DNA of 64,000 bases, taken from assembly GCF_056746865.1 (NCBI RefSeq), contig NZ_CM163382.1. One strand, given 5' to 3'. Below the pieces are notes generated by a model. It saw only the letters and a program-made list of their open reading frames with translations. It was not told the origin of the DNA and did no database searches. Of the stretch, positions 23,230 through 36,715 are shown piece after piece (the stretch's first letter is position 1; the number at the start of each line of letters is the position of its first letter). The position numbers and the translations under genes are program-made.

Positions 23230-26076
23230 TCAGAAAGTCACATTCAGCGTGGCCTGACCGTTATAGCCTTCAGCGCTGTTGCCGCTGACACTGTGGGCAT
23301 AACCGGCCTGAACGCCCAGAGTGATATTTTCCCGGACACGGGCTTCCAGTCCGGCCTGCAGGTCCAGTGACGTGCCATTCTGTGACGGTGAGAACGTCAT
23401 GTTACTGCCGGCTTCAGCTGTACCCATGCTCATGTCACCCCGGGAGCTGAAAGTGCGGATAACAGAAGGCTGTACCCACCAGTTCACCGGCAGTTCACTC
23501 ACACGGTGTTTTGTACTGTCGCGCAGAGTGTCACGGGATGAGGTGCCTTCGCCAAAGGTCATATCGTTGTGGCTGCCCAGACGGAAGCCGGCACGCACAT
23601 GTTGTGTACTGCCATGCCCGAACTTCACATAACCGGCGTTATCCTGGCCGTCATCCAGGGAGAGCCCCTGCCAGGTGTACTGCAGTTGTGGCTCCAGCAT
23701 CAGGTTGTCAGTGATACTGAAGGGCAGACCGGTTTCCAGTGAGCCCAGCCAGCCCCAGCCCCGGGCGCGGAAGTCGTTATTGTCCGATGACGCTTTCATG
23801 CTGTGGCGGGTTCCCTGTGCCACAATGTCAGCCCACAGGCCGGAGGACGTGTGTGTCAGATTCAGGTATCCGCCCAGGCTGCCGGCATCATCCCGGACTG
23901 TGCCGGCGCGGGAACCGTCATCATCCTTAACATCAACGGAAGAATGACCTGCAGCACCATACACCCCTGTCGTCAGAGACATACCTGCAACCTCTGTTCT
24001 CAGCAGGTCACCCTCCAGACGGACGAAGCCATAGCTGCCGCTGCTTTCCGGCGTGGCTCCACGGGCAATACCGCCGTTGTTATCGTGACCGAGATGACCG
24101 CCCTGAATGCTGAGACGGACGCTGTTATTTTCACCGTTTACACCGGTCTGATGGCTGCGGGAGCCTGCCAGAATCCGGTCATAGTCCATTGCCTGTGTCA
24201 GCATGGAGGCATACAGGGGGACTTCAGCACGATAAGCATTTTCACTGCGCAGGTACCAGTCTTCATCGCTGTCACGGTTCAGGGTGTAGTTAAAGGCACC
24301 GGCCTGAAGCGGGCGACTCAGGGCAAACGCACCTTCTTCTGTGGTGGCACCATTCTGTGCATCCACAACCCGGATACCCTGTCCGGAGGTTGCCACCCCG
24401 AGGTTACTGTTTCCGACATTTGTGAACGCAAGCCAGGTTTTGCCGGTTGCCTGACCACCATTAATCACCAGCTGGTCAGAGGCATTGCTGCCATCAAGGC
24501 GAACACGCATATTGATGGTGCCACCCTGACCGGTGAGGTTACTGGTTGTCAGTTTATGGAACGTTACCGGGGCGTTGCCTTTTGCAACAGCACGGCTCAG
24601 TATGGCATCCGGTGTTGTCTGATTGTCAAAGTAAATCTCCCCTGCGTTAACAATATCGCCGGTACTGACCACATCACCATTCAGTACCATGCTGGCGCCT
24701 TTACTGAGCTGTGTTCTGCCACTCAGACTTCCCCCGGCAGCCAGCATCAGTGTTCCACGATGTCCGACAGTGGTGTTGCCAGCCTGTCCCCCGGCATTAA
24801 CCGTAAAGCTGCCGCCATTTTCCAGCAGCAGGCCGCTGGCCTGACCGGATATGCCATCAATACTGAACTTACCGCTGGCATTGGTCCCCTCAACAGTGGC
24901 ACCACTGTCTGCAATCAGGGCACCACCGGATGTCATGGTGACACCTGTCGCCTTACCACCGGCAGACACTGCCAGGGTTCCGCCGTCATCCACCCGTGTT
25001 TTCTGCGCTGAATGGCCCTCCAGTACATCCAGGCGACCGCCGGACTCCAGAACAACACCGTCAGCCTTACCGTTTTCCACCGTGAAATTCCCCAGACGGT
25101 TGCTGCCGGTGACGGTTGCCGCCGTACTGGTGACCAGTGCGCCGCCCTGCTTCAGGGTGACATTCGTGGCTGTACCACCGGCGTTCACCTGCAGTTTGCC
25201 TTTCTGGTTAACGGTGGAGAAATCCGCCAGACCACCTTCCTTGATAATCTGCCAGCCGTCACTGTTTACAACAGTGCCAGACGCCGTACCGCCGTTGTGC
25301 ACATACTGGTACCCCCCATTCAGCGTGGTATCCAGTGCGTGACCATGTACAGTCTGGTCGCCGCCGGCATAAACCACAGTGGTATTTGCCGTTCCTTCAG
25401 CAGCCACAATCTGACGACCATTTTTATTGATGGTGGTGCGTACGGCATCTCCGTAGACGGTCTGCCCGGTATCACCATTTTCTGCATCCGGTCCCCCTTC
25501 CGCGCCGGTATTCACAACCGTGTCGGTTGCCATTGCGCCGGATTTGACGGCCTGCCAGCCCTTCTCATTAATGACGGTACCCGTTGCAATCCCGCCTTCA
25601 TGTATCCACTGCTCACCGCCGTTCAGAGTGGTGTTCACTGCCTGCCCCTGAAGGCTCTGTCCGCCTCCGGCACTGATAACCGTGTCTGAAACGCTTCCTC
25701 CGGCATTCACTCTCTGAAGACCACCACCGGTGACAGTAGTGTTGTTGGCGGTACCGCCATTTTGTATCCATTGGCCGCCGGTATTCGCCTCGTTATCCGG
25801 CCCATACTCCAGCCCGGTACTGATGGTCATTCCGTTGGCCGTACCGAAGACAATCTGGTTGTCATGATTTGTCAGTGTTCCGCCGCTCACGGTTTCTCCC
25901 GCCTGTACGACCGTGTCAGCAGCCAGTACCGGGACTGACGTGACAGCAGCAAGAGACAGCGCAACCGCCACACCGGTGCGTTTTCCCCGTGAGCGCGCCA
26001 GTTCGGAAGCCACCACCAGGGTGCCCGTAATGTGATTCCATACCAGCCTGTAGCTGGTGTTCAGATGTCGTTTCAT
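23230..26076 (-). CDS. flu: Antigen 43 self-associating autotransporter adhesin
   Basis: 948 aa from Met MKRHLNTSYRLVWNH... (26th codon of the track ORF); long signal peptide, repetitive passenger domain, C-terminal beta-barrel ending NVTF. Confidence 0.88.
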   Translation of the reverse strand: MKRHLNTSYRLVWNHITGTLVVASELARSRGKRTGVAVALSLAAVTSVPVLAADTVVQAGETVSGGTLTNHDNQIVFGTANGMTISTGLEYGPDNEANTGGQWIQNGGTANNTTVTGGGLQRVNAGGSVSDTVISAGGGQSLQGQAVNTTLNGGEQWIHEGGIATGTVINEKGWQAVKSGAMATDTVVNTGAEGGPDAENGDTGQTVYGDAVRTTINKNGRQIVAAEGTANTTVVYAGGDQTVHGHALDTTLNGGYQYVHNGGTASGTVVNSDGWQIIKEGGLADFSTVNQKGKLQVNAGGTATNVTLKQGGALVTSTAATVTGSNRLGNFTVENGKADGVVLESGGRLDVLEGHSAQKTRVDDGGTLAVSAGGKATGVTMTSGGALIADSGATVEGTNASGKFSIDGISGQASGLLLENGGSFTVNAGGQAGNTTVGHRGTLMLAAGGSLSGRTQLSKGASMVLNGDVVSTGDIVNAGEIYFDNQTTPDAILSRAVAKGNAPVTFHKLTTSNLTGQGGTINMRVRLDGSNASDQLVINGGQATGKTWLAFTNVGNSNLGVATSGQGIRVVDAQNGATTEEGAFALSRPLQAGAFNYTLNRDSDEDWYLRSENAYRAEVPLYASMLTQAMDYDRILAGSRSHQTGVNGENNSVRLSIQGGHLGHDNNGGIARGATPESSGSYGFVRLEGDLLRTEVAGMSLTTGVYGAAGHSSVDVKDDDGSRAGTVRDDAGSLGGYLNLTHTSSGLWADIVAQGTRHSMKASSDNNDFRARGWGWLGSLETGLPFSITDNLMLEPQLQYTWQGLSLDDGQDNAGYVKFGHGSTQHVRAGFRLGSHNDMTFGEGTSSRDTLRDSTKHRVSELPVNWWVQPSVIRTFSSRGDMSMGTAEAGSNMTFSPSQNGTSLDLQAGLEARVRENITLGVQAGYAHSVSGNSAEGYNGQATLNVTF

Positions 26077-26293
26077 CAGCTTTTCCTTACAGAGGGTGAA
26101 TAAAAAAGCCGGTACCCACAAATGTGGATACCGGCAGGTACAAAACAGCATGGTCAGATAAAGTGGTTTTTCCCGGACATAAATGCTTCCCCTCTCTCAT
26201 CCGCCAGAGAAGTATCAGTCCGTTGTGTGCAATTCCGTTCTGCATGATGAAGAGATTCAACTGCCTTTTCGCAGGCCATTAACCACTATAAAC

Positions 26294-26329
26294 GATCGAT
26301 AGTAACGATCGATACCTGTTTTATTGATC
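26294..26329 (-). promoter_or_regulatory. agn43 phase-variation switch region (three Dam GATC sites, presumed OxyR operator)
   Basis: GATC at 26294-26297, 26307-26310 and 26326-26329 within 36 bp, about 220-250 bp upstream of the flu ATG. Confidence 0.65.
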
Positions 26330-26448
26330 GTTTTATTCTATTGATTGCAAGGCGGTCACGCAAGAGAAACAGGAGGATCATGAGGTGTTTGTGTCATGTT
26401 TTCAGTTGGTTAACGCAATGTAATCAGGCATTTCCCCTGGCAGACTGT

Positions 26449-27321
26449 TCAGAAGAAAATCCAGTTCCATACAGCGCGGGCAACAGAGACCACCGAGTCA
26501 CGGACGGCACGCAGAACCGTGCGTGCAACAGAGGCAATACAGACGCTCTCCGCCGTGTCAAATATCCGGTCCACCGCACCGGTAAACTGTTCACGGGCCT
26601 GAGACCGGACAGATTCCGTGCGCAGCTCGTCCTGCAGGCGGGTCATCAGGGGACTGGCGGCATGGTCGGGAAGCGCTGTCATGAGCGCACTGACCAGCGT
26701 ATCCAGTTCCCAGCCGGTGCAGGCCGATACGGCCACAACCGGATGTACGGGTCGGAACAGCCGGAATACCGCATCTGTTTTCTCACGAATGTTCTGTGCC
26801 TGTGCGGGAGAAGGCTGAATGCCGGCCATATCCCATTCATGGCAGGGCTCCGTTTTGTCGGCCTGCGTCACCACAAACAGTACCCGCTGATGTCCCCGGT
26901 GCAGGATGTGTCGCCAGAAATACTCATCCACAGACAGGGCACGGTCATCGGCTTTAATCAGCCACAGTACCAGGTCAAGTTCAGGCAGAATGTTACGGTA
27001 CAGGGCTTCATACTCTGCATCCCTGTCCCGGCTCTCGCCCACCCCGGGCAGGTCAGTGATAATCATGCTGTGACCGTGGCCACTCAGACGGAAGCGCTGC
27101 ACTTCCCGGGTGCCGGCGTGAACATCACTGACCGGTGTGACTTCCCCCTGAAACAGCGCATTACAGAGTGAGGATTTACCGGCCCCGCTTTTACCCATAA
27201 TGCCAATCACGGGTTCGTGGCTGGTGAGTTTACGCAGATGTTCCAGGATGTGACGGGAAAGCGAATAAGGCAGGGAGGAGAGCGGTTTTTCAATTGCCTC
27301 AATGGCATCAGACGGATTCAT
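26449..27321 (-). CDS. YeeP/YfjP/YkfA-family GTPase
   Basis: P-loop GIMGKSGAGKSS and DxxG (TDLPGVGE); start taken at MNPSDAIEAI (14th codon of the track ORF). Confidence 0.75.
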   Translation of the reverse strand: MNPSDAIEAIEKPLSSLPYSLSRHILEHLRKLTSHEPVIGIMGKSGAGKSSLCNALFQGEVTPVSDVHAGTREVQRFRLSGHGHSMIITDLPGVGESRDRDAEYEALYRNILPELDLVLWLIKADDRALSVDEYFWRHILHRGHQRVLFVVTQADKTEPCHEWDMAGIQPSPAQAQNIREKTDAVFRLFRPVHPVVAVSACTGWELDTLVSALMTALPDHAASPLMTRLQDELRTESVRSQAREQFTGAVDRIFDTAESVCIASVARTVLRAVRDSVVSVARAVWNWIFF

Positions 27322-27584
27322 ATATGTATTCCCGGTGAAAAAAGACAAAACCCCGCGCACCGGAAAGGTGGCGGGGGATTCACGGAGATAATATCTGTCT
27401 GAAATTATTTAGAATGCACCTGGTGCACTGCAAAGGAAAGGCAGTATTCCGTTCCTCCTCCTTGTCGTGAATACCCCAGGTATCTCACAATGTACACCGA
27501 CTTACTCCGGGGCTGCCTGAACCACAAGATTGCTGTAGAATTGCCCCCAATGATTCAGGTCCAAACCAGGCAAATGGATTAAAA

Positions 27585-29141
27585 ATGACAAGTATTCAAC
27601 AACGAGCAGAACTGCACCGCCAGATATGGCAAATTGCCAATGATGTCAGAGGTTCTGTTGACGGATGGGATTTTAAGCAATACGTTCTGGGCGCACTTTT
27701 CTACCGTTTTATCAGCGAAAATTTTTCCAGTTATATTGAAGCCGGTGATGACAGTATCTGTTATGCGAAACTGGATGACAGCGTAATTACTGATGACATT
27801 AAAGACGATGCCATCAAAACTAAAGGCTACTTCATCTACCCCAGTCAGCTTTTCTGCAACGTAGCGGCGAAAGCAAATACTAATGACAGGCTGAATGCAG
27901 ATTTAAACAGCATCTTCGTTGCTATCGAAAGTTCTGCTTACGGTTATCCTTCAGAAGCTGACATCAAAGGTTTGTTTGCTGATTTCGATACCACCAGTAA
28001 CCGCCTGGGTAACACCGTTAAGGATAAAAATGCCCGCCTGGCTGCGGTTCTGAAAGGGGTTGAAGGGTTAAAACTTGGTGACTTCAACGAACATCAGATT
28101 GACCTGTTCGGTGATGCCTATGAGTTCCTGATTTCTAACTATGCGGCAAATGCCGGTAAGTCAGGCGGTGAGTTCTTTACACCGCAGCACGTCTCCAGGC
28201 TGATTGCACAACTGGCTATGCACGGGCAGACCAGCGTTAACAAAATCTACGACCCGGCAGCGGGTTCCGGCTCACTGTTGTTGCAGGCGAAAAAACAGTT
28301 TGATAACCACATCATCGAAGAAGGCTTTTTCGGTCAGGAAATCAACCATACGACCTATAACCTGGCGCGTATGAACATGTTTTTGCACAACATCAACTAC
28401 GACAAGTTTGATATCAAGCTGGGTAATACACTGACTGAGCCACACTTCAGAGATGAAAAACCGTTTGATGCCATCGTTTCTAACCCGCCGTATTCGGTGA
28501 AATGGATTGGCAGCGATGACCCGACGCTGATTAACGATGAACGTTTTGCCCCGGCTGGCGTTCTGGCCCCCAAATCAAAAGCTGACTTCGCCTTTGTACT
28601 ACATGCGCTGAACTATCTTTCTGCCAAAGGTCGCGCCGCGATTGTCTGCTTCCCGGGTATTTTTTACCGTGGCGGCGCGGAGCAGAAAATCCGTCAGTAT
28701 CTGGTCGATAATAACTATGTCGAAACCGTGATTTCACTGGCACCGAACCTGTTCTTTGGCACCACCATTGCCGTCAATATTCTGGTGCTGTCTAAACATA
28801 AAACGGATACCAAAGTTCAGTTTATTGACGCCAGCGAACTGTTCAAAAAAGAGACTAATAACAACATCCTGACCGATGCTCATATCGAACAGATTATGCA
28901 GGTATTTGCCGGCAAGGAAGATGTTGCTCATCTGGCGAAATCTGTCACGTTTGAGACTGTTGTCGCGAATGACTATAACCTGTCGGTGAGCAGCTATGTG
29001 GAAGCGAAAGATAACCGCGAAGTGGTGGACATTGCTCAGCTCAACGCCGAGCTGAAATCTACTGTCGCCAGGATTGACCAGCTTCGCAGGGATATTGATG
29101 CCATCGTCGCTGAAATTGAAGGCGAGGAGCAGGAGGCATGA
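27585..29141 (+). CDS. hsdM: Type I restriction-modification system, N6-adenine DNA methyltransferase subunit
   Basis: 518 aa; AdoMet motif [10 protein letters not shown] and catalytic NPPY ([11 protein letters not shown]); N-terminal HsdM domain. Confidence 0.92.
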   Translation: MTSIQQRAELHRQIWQIANDVRGSVDGWDFKQYVLGALFYRFISENFSSYIEAGDDSICYAKLDDSVITDDIKDDAIKTKGYFIYPSQLFCNVAAKANTNDRLNADLNSIFVAIESSAYGYPSEADIKGLFADFDTTSNRLGNTVKDKNARLAAVLKGVEGLKLGDFNEHQIDLFGDAYEFLISNYAANAGKSGGEFFTPQHVSRLIAQLAMHGQTSVNKIYDPAAGSGSLLLQAKKQFDNHIIEEGFFGQEINHTTYNLARMNMFLHNINYDKFDIKLGNTLTEPHFRDEKPFDAIVSNPPYSVKWIGSDDPTLINDERFAPAGVLAPKSKADFAFVLHALNYLSAKGRAAIVCFPGIFYRGGAEQKIRQYLVDNNYVETVISLAPNLFFGTTIAVNILVLSKHKTDTKVQFIDASELFKKETNNNILTDAHIEQIMQVFAGKEDVAHLAKSVTFETVVANDYNLSVSSYVEAKDNREVVDIAQLNAELKSTVARIDQLRRDIDAIVAEIEGEEQEA

Positions 29142-30343
29142 GTAGCGTGAACTTCTTGGAAAAGCTGTTGGATGGCGTTGAGGTCGAGTGGAAGACACTT
29201 GGGCAAACTTGCAAAATTGAAACAGGAAAGCTTAATGCGAATGCGGCTGTTGATGATGGAGAGTATATGTTCTTCACGACAGCCAAAGAGACAAGCAAAA
29301 TTGATAAATTCCGCTGGGATACAGAGGCATTGCTGATTGCAGGCAATGCGAATGTTGGTGAGGTGAAGCATTACATCGGCAAGTTTGAGGCTTATCAGCG
29401 CACCTATGTTCTGACAAATTTCGACGAAAATGTAAGTGTTAGATTTTTGTATTTTGTGCTTAGCCATAGCCTGAAGAAATATCTCGAGGAAAGAACAAAT
29501 AGCGCGGCAATGACATATATCGTGCTATCAACCTTAGAGAATTTCCCTATCCCCATCCCCTGCCCAGGCAACCCCCAAAAATCCCTTGCCATCCAGTCTG
29601 AAATCGTTCGGATTCTGGATAAATTTACTGCACTTACCGCTGAGCTTACCGCTGAGCTTAACATGCGTAAAAAACAGTACAACTACTATCGCGACCAGTT
29701 GTTGAGTTTTAAAGAGGGTGAGGTTGAGTGGAAGACTTTGGGGGAAATTGGAGATTTTACATATGGATATGCAGCCAAAGCCATGGATTCAGGAGATGCC
29801 CGTTTCGTGAGAATTACTGACATAAATAAAGACGGGAAGCTATCGAAAGAAAACCCAATGTACGTTGAATTAAATGAGGAAAATGAGAAATATACCTTAG
29901 ACAAAAATGATTTACTCATGGCAAGAACTGGGGCAACCTTTGGTAAAACAATGATTTTTGAAGAAGATTATCCAGCAGTATACGCTGGTTTTTTAATAAA
30001 GTTGAACCTAAATAAAACGATTATTAATGCCAAATATTACTGGCACTTTGCACAAAGTGATTTTTTTTGGGAACAGGCTAATAAATTAGTATCTGGTGGT
30101 GGGCAACCACAGTTTAATGCTAATGCACTGAAACAAGTCAGAGTACCTATTCCATACCCATCTCACCCTCAAAAATCTTTAGACGAACAGGGGCGTATTG
30201 TGGATATTCTGGATAAGTTTGATGCAATCGCAGCTTCCATCACCGAAGGTCTCCCGCGTGAAATCGAGTTACGTCAAAAACAATACGAATACTATCGTGA
30301 TTTACTGCTCAGTTTCCCAAAACCTGAAACTGTCAGTAAATAA
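29138..30343 (+). CDS. hsdS: Type I R-M specificity subunit (type IC architecture)
   Basis: 401 aa; ATG overlaps hsdM stop; two variable recognition domains separated by a conserved central region with TAELTAEL and conserved distal region ([24 protein letters not shown]). Confidence 0.9.
   Translation: MSSVNFLEKLLDGVEVEWKTLGQTCKIETGKLNANAAVDDGEYMFFTTAKETSKIDKFRWDTEALLIAGNANVGEVKHYIGKFEAYQRTYVLTNFDENVSVRFLYFVLSHSLKKYLEERTNSAAMTYIVLSTLENFPIPIPCPGNPQKSLAIQSEIVRILDKFTALTAELTAELNMRKKQYNYYRDQLLSFKEGEVEWKTLGEIGDFTYGYAAKAMDSGDARFVRITDINKDGKLSKENPMYVELNEENEKYTLDKNDLLMARTGATFGKTMIFEEDYPAVYAGFLIKLNLNKTIINAKYYWHFAQSDFFWEQANKLVSGGGQPQFNANALKQVRVPIPYPSHPQKSLDEQGRIVDILDKFDAIAASITEGLPREIELRQKQYEYYRDLLLSFPKPETVSK
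29633..29656 (+). repeat. 12-bp tandem repeat cttaccgctgag x2 in hsdS (TAEL x2)
   Basis: Two perfect tandem copies plus a 4-nt partial third (ctta), read directly; encodes LTAELTAEL in the HsdS central spacer. Confidence 0.9.
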
Positions 30344-30464
30344 TTGACCATTGCTACCGACCGGGCCTCCTTAACATCCGGTCAGTATATAGACTATTTT
30401 TTACGCGCCGGAAGTCACTCTTAACGCCCTTCCGGCTCTTGCCAGGCGGCACAAAGGATGCGCT

Positions 30465-33400
30465 ATGACTCATCAAACACACACCATTGCTGAATCCAAT
30501 AACTTTATCGTCCTTGATAAGTACATCAAAGCTGAGCAAACAAGCGACAGCTACCAGAGCGAATCGGACCTGGAACGTGAACTGATTCAGGACCTGCGGA
30601 ATCAGGGTTATGAATTTATTTCCGTAAAATCACAGTCGGCAATGCTGTCTAATGTTCGGGAACAGCTTCAGAGCCTCAATGGTGTGATGTTTAATGACAG
30701 CGAGTGGCGGCGCTTCACGGAGCAGTATCTGGACAACCCCAGCGATGGTATTCTGGATAAAACCCGTAAAATCCATATCGACTATATCTGCGACTTTATT
30801 TTTGACGACGGGCGACTTGAGAACATCTATTTGATAGATAAAAAGAATCTCATGCGCAATAAGGTGCAGATTATCCAGCAGTTTGAACAGACGGGTTCTC
30901 ATGCTAACCGTTATGACGTCACGATCCTGGTTAATGGTTTACCGCTGGTGCAAATCGAACTAAAAAAACGCGGGGTGGCGATTCGTGAGGCTTTCAACCA
31001 GATACATCGTTACAGTAAAGAGAGTTTTAACAGCGAAAATTCCCTGTTTAAGTATCTGCAACTGTTTGTCATTTCTAACGGCACCGATACCCGTTATTTT
31101 GCCAACACGACAAAGCGCGATAAAAACAGTTTTGACTTCACCATGAATTGGGCGAAATCAGACAACACGCTGATTAAAGACCTCAAAGACTTTACCGCTA
31201 CCTTTTTCCAGAAACATACTCTGCTGAATGTTCTGGTGAACTACAGCGTTTTTGACAGTAGTCAGACGCTACTGGTGATGCGACCGTACCAGATTGCCGC
31301 CACCGAGCGCATTCTGTGGAAAATTAAGAGTTCCTTTACAGCGAAGAACTGGTCAAAACCGGAAAGCGGTGGGTATATCTGGCACACTACCGGTTCTGGT
31401 AAAACCCTCACCAGCTTTAAAGCCGCGCGTCTGGCAACAGAGCTGGACTTTATTGATAAAGTCTTCTTTGTGGTCGACAGGAAAGACCTCGATTACCAGA
31501 CCATGAAGGAATATCAGCGTTTTTCGCCAGACAGCGTCAACGGCTCGGAAAATACCGCAGGCCTTAAACGAAATCTGGATAAGGACGATAACAAAATTAT
31601 CGTCACTACTATTCAGAAACTCAATAACCTGATGAAAGCAGAAAGCGACCTGCCTGTATATAATCAGCAAGTGGTGTTTATATTTGATGAATGCCACCGC
31701 AGCCAGTTTGGAGAAGCGCAGAAAAACCTGAAGAAGAAATTCAAACGCTATTATCAGTTTGGTTTTACCGGCACCCCTATTTTCCCGGAAAACGCCTTAG
31801 GCTCAGAAACAACCGCCAGCGTATTTGGCCGTGAATTGCATTCGTATGTGATTACCGATGCGATTCGTGACGAAAAAGTGCTCAAATTCAAGGTGGACTA
31901 CAACGATGTGCGGCCACAGTTTAAGTCTTTAGAGACAGAAACTGACGAGAAAAAACTGAGTGCGGCTGAAAATCAGCAGGCGTTTCTTCACCCCATGCGT
32001 ATTCAGGAAATCACGCAATATATCCTGAATAATTTCCGCCAGAAAACCCACCGTACTTTCCCTGGTTCCAAAGGTTTTAATGCCATGCTGGCAGTAAGCA
32101 GCGTGGATGCTGCAAAAGCCTATTATGCGACGTTTAAACGGTTACAAGAGGAAGCCGCTAATAAATCTGTAACTTATAAACCGCTGCGTGTTGCGACAAT
32201 CTTCTCCTTTGCCGCTAATGAAGAACAAAATGCCATTGGTGAAATTTCCGATGAAACTTTTGATACCAGCGCAATGGACAGCAGTGCTAAAGAGTTTCTT
32301 GACGCTGCAATTCGTGAGTATAACAGCTATTTTAAAACTAACTTCAGCACCGACGGTAACGGTTTTCAGAACTACTATCGTGATTTAGCCCAACGGGTTA
32401 AAAATCAGGATATCGATCTGTTAATTGTCGTGGGAATGTTTTTAACCGGCTTCGATGCTCCAACATTAAACACGCTATTCGTCGATAAAAACTTGCGTTT
32501 TCACGGCCTGATGCAGGCATTCTCCCGCACCAACCGCATTTATGACGCGACTAAAACCTTCGGTAATATTGTCACGTTCCGGGATCTGGAACGCTCAACC
32601 ATTGATGCCATAACGCTGTTTGGTGATAAAAATACCAAAAATGTGGTTTTAGAAAAGAGTTATGCAGAGTATATGGAAGGCTTTACTGATGCTGCCACTG
32701 GTGAAGCTAAACGCGGCTTCATGACAGTAGTTTCAGAACTGGAACAACGGTTCCCTGACCCTACCAGTATTGAAAGTGAAAAAGAGAAGAAAGACTTCGT
32801 TAAACTGTTTGGCGAATACCTGCGTGCCGAGAATATCCTGCAAAACTATGATGAATTTGCCACGCTAAAAGCCCTGCAACAAATCGATCTTAGCGATCCT
32901 GTTGCGGTAGAAAAATTCAAAGCAGAACATTATGTGGATGATGAAAAGTTCGCTGAATTGCAAACAATTCGTCTCCCTGCTGATCGCAAGATTCAGGATT
33001 ATCGTTCTGCCTATAACGATATTCGCGACTGGCAGCGCCGTGAGAAAGAAGCTGAGAAAAAAGAGAAATCAACCACTGACTGGGATGACGTAGTTTTTGA
33101 GGTCGATTTGCTGAAGTCTCAGGAAATAAACCTGGATTATATCCTTGGACTGATTTTCGAACACAACAGACAAAATAAAGGCAAGGGCGAAATGATCGAA
33201 GAGGTCAAACGCTTAATTCGTTCAAGCCTGGGGAACCGTGCTAAAGAGGGCCTGGTGGTCGATTTTATTCAGCAAACGAACCTGGATGATTTACCGGACA
33301 AAGCCAGCATCATTGACGCATTCTTTACGTTTGCTCAACGCGAACAGCAACGTGAAGCAGAAGCCTTGATCAAAGAAGAAAATCTCAATGAAGAGGCGGC

Positions 33401-33581
33401 GAAACGCTATATTCGCACATCTTTAAAACGCGAATACGCCACCGAAAATGGCACGGAATTAAACGAGACACTGCCCAGACTCAGTCCTTTAAATCCGCAA
33501 TATAAAACGAAAAAACAGACTGTTTTTCAAAAAATTAGCGCATTTATTGAAAAATTTAAGGGGGTGGGTGGAAAGATTTAG
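30465..33581 (+). CDS. hsdR: Type I R-M restriction endonuclease/helicase subunit
   Basis: 1038 aa; helicase motif I (TGSGKT) and DEAD-like box ([12 protein letters not shown]); length and sequence recall EcoR124I HsdR. Confidence 0.92.
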   Translation: MTHQTHTIAESNNFIVLDKYIKAEQTSDSYQSESDLERELIQDLRNQGYEFISVKSQSAMLSNVREQLQSLNGVMFNDSEWRRFTEQYLDNPSDGILDKTRKIHIDYICDFIFDDGRLENIYLIDKKNLMRNKVQIIQQFEQTGSHANRYDVTILVNGLPLVQIELKKRGVAIREAFNQIHRYSKESFNSENSLFKYLQLFVISNGTDTRYFANTTKRDKNSFDFTMNWAKSDNTLIKDLKDFTATFFQKHTLLNVLVNYSVFDSSQTLLVMRPYQIAATERILWKIKSSFTAKNWSKPESGGYIWHTTGSGKTLTSFKAARLATELDFIDKVFFVVDRKDLDYQTMKEYQRFSPDSVNGSENTAGLKRNLDKDDNKIIVTTIQKLNNLMKAESDLPVYNQQVVFIFDECHRSQFGEAQKNLKKKFKRYYQFGFTGTPIFPENALGSETTASVFGRELHSYVITDAIRDEKVLKFKVDYNDVRPQFKSLETETDEKKLSAAENQQAFLHPMRIQEITQYILNNFRQKTHRTFPGSKGFNAMLAVSSVDAAKAYYATFKRLQEEAANKSVTYKPLRVATIFSFAANEEQNAIGEISDETFDTSAMDSSAKEFLDAAIREYNSYFKTNFSTDGNGFQNYYRDLAQRVKNQDIDLLIVVGMFLTGFDAPTLNTLFVDKNLRFHGLMQAFSRTNRIYDATKTFGNIVTFRDLERSTIDAITLFGDKNTKNVVLEKSYAEYMEGFTDAATGEAKRGFMTVVSELEQRFPDPTSIESEKEKKDFVKLFGEYLRAENILQNYDEFATLKALQQIDLSDPVAVEKFKAEHYVDDEKFAELQTIRLPADRKIQDYRSAYNDIRDWQRREKEAEKKEKSTTDWDDVVFEVDLLKSQEINLDYILGLIFEHNRQNKGKGEMIEEVKRLIRSSLGNRAKEGLVVDFIQQTNLDDLPDKASIIDAFFTFAQREQQREAEALIKEENLNEEAAKRYIRTSLKREYATENGTELNETLPRLSPLNPQYKTKKQTVFQKISAFIEKFKGVGGKI

Positions 33582-33731
33582 GGAAGGTGCGAATAAGCAG
33601 GTCATTTCTTCCCAAGCTGACTCGCTGATTAAAATTTCGCGGATCTGGGCCGATTTTTTTCCCGCAAACACATCGAATCGGCCTGTTTAGGCTATTTTTT
33701 CCACCATTTCTGGCGTTATTTCCGGTTTTTA

Positions 33732-36015
<2,284 letters not shown>

Positions 36016-36184
36016 TCAGGAACTTGTTCGCACCTTCCCTAAAAAAAGCAGATGATTTTCATTATTATCGCAGGATAATTGTGCGCATATTTTCCATGCG
36101 GATAAGAATACTTATTCATGGAAATAATAATTTCCAGGTCATCAAGTGAAATCTGTTAACGCAAAGAGTGTTCCACCCTGCCCC

Positions 36185-36715
36185 TCACACCATCTCAAGT
36201 TTTACCGCGTCATAACCACACTGAACCAAACATTCACCGCAACCATTACATATTGCAGCATCGATTACAGGCATTCCGCTTTCGTTGATTGAGCATGCCT
36301 GAAGTGGGCATAGATCGACACACTGTTTGCAACTGCGCACCGGATTAACACAATTTGCTTTAAAAACGGGACGCAATCCGGTGTCGAAACGAGCCTGCGG
36401 ACGTAATGCCTCAGTGGAACATGCAGCTATACATAAGCCGCAGCCGTCACAACTGGCAAATTCAATCACCAATTGCGGATAGCCATCTTCATGCCGGTTG
36501 AGAATGCCCATGGGACAGGCATTAATACACAAATCACACTGCGTGCACTGCACACGAAACTGCGCATCAGGTAACGCGCCGGGAGGTAAGGAGTGCACAG
36601 GTAATATCGGTGTTGTTACCGGGCGTGCCGCGCTGACAAAGGCCCGAAATAGCCCACGTCGGCTAACATACCGATGAGACATTAACTCCTGATAATAATT
36701 TTCTGACTTACTCAT
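36185..36715 (-). CDS. Ferredoxin-type protein with multiple 4Fe-4S motifs (NapF-like)
   Basis: Several CxxCxxCxxxCP motifs; start taken at MSKSENYYQ... whose ATG overlaps the upstream chaperone stop (ATGA). Confidence 0.65.
   Translation of the reverse strand: MSKSENYYQELMSHRYVSRRGLFRAFVSAARPVTTPILPVHSLPPGALPDAQFRVQCTQCDLCINACPMGILNRHEDGYPQLVIEFASCDGCGLCIAACSTEALRPQARFDTGLRPVFKANCVNPVRSCKQCVDLCPLQACSINESGMPVIDAAICNGCGECLVQCGYDAVKLEMV

Noticed and set aside
23803-25689. Plus-strand ORFs of 402, 163 and 225 aa inside flu
   Set aside because: Antisense to the antigen 43 passenger domain; the repetitive GC-rich sequence gives long open frames by chance.
26341-27171. 276-aa plus-strand ORF
   Set aside because: Antisense to the yeeP-like GTPase gene, which has clear P-loop motifs.
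30344-30464. A prrC-like anticodon nuclease between hsdS and hsdR, as in the EcoprrI locus
   Set aside because: The gap is only 121 bp with no ORF; it holds just a small hairpin that may be a promoter or attenuator for hsdR.
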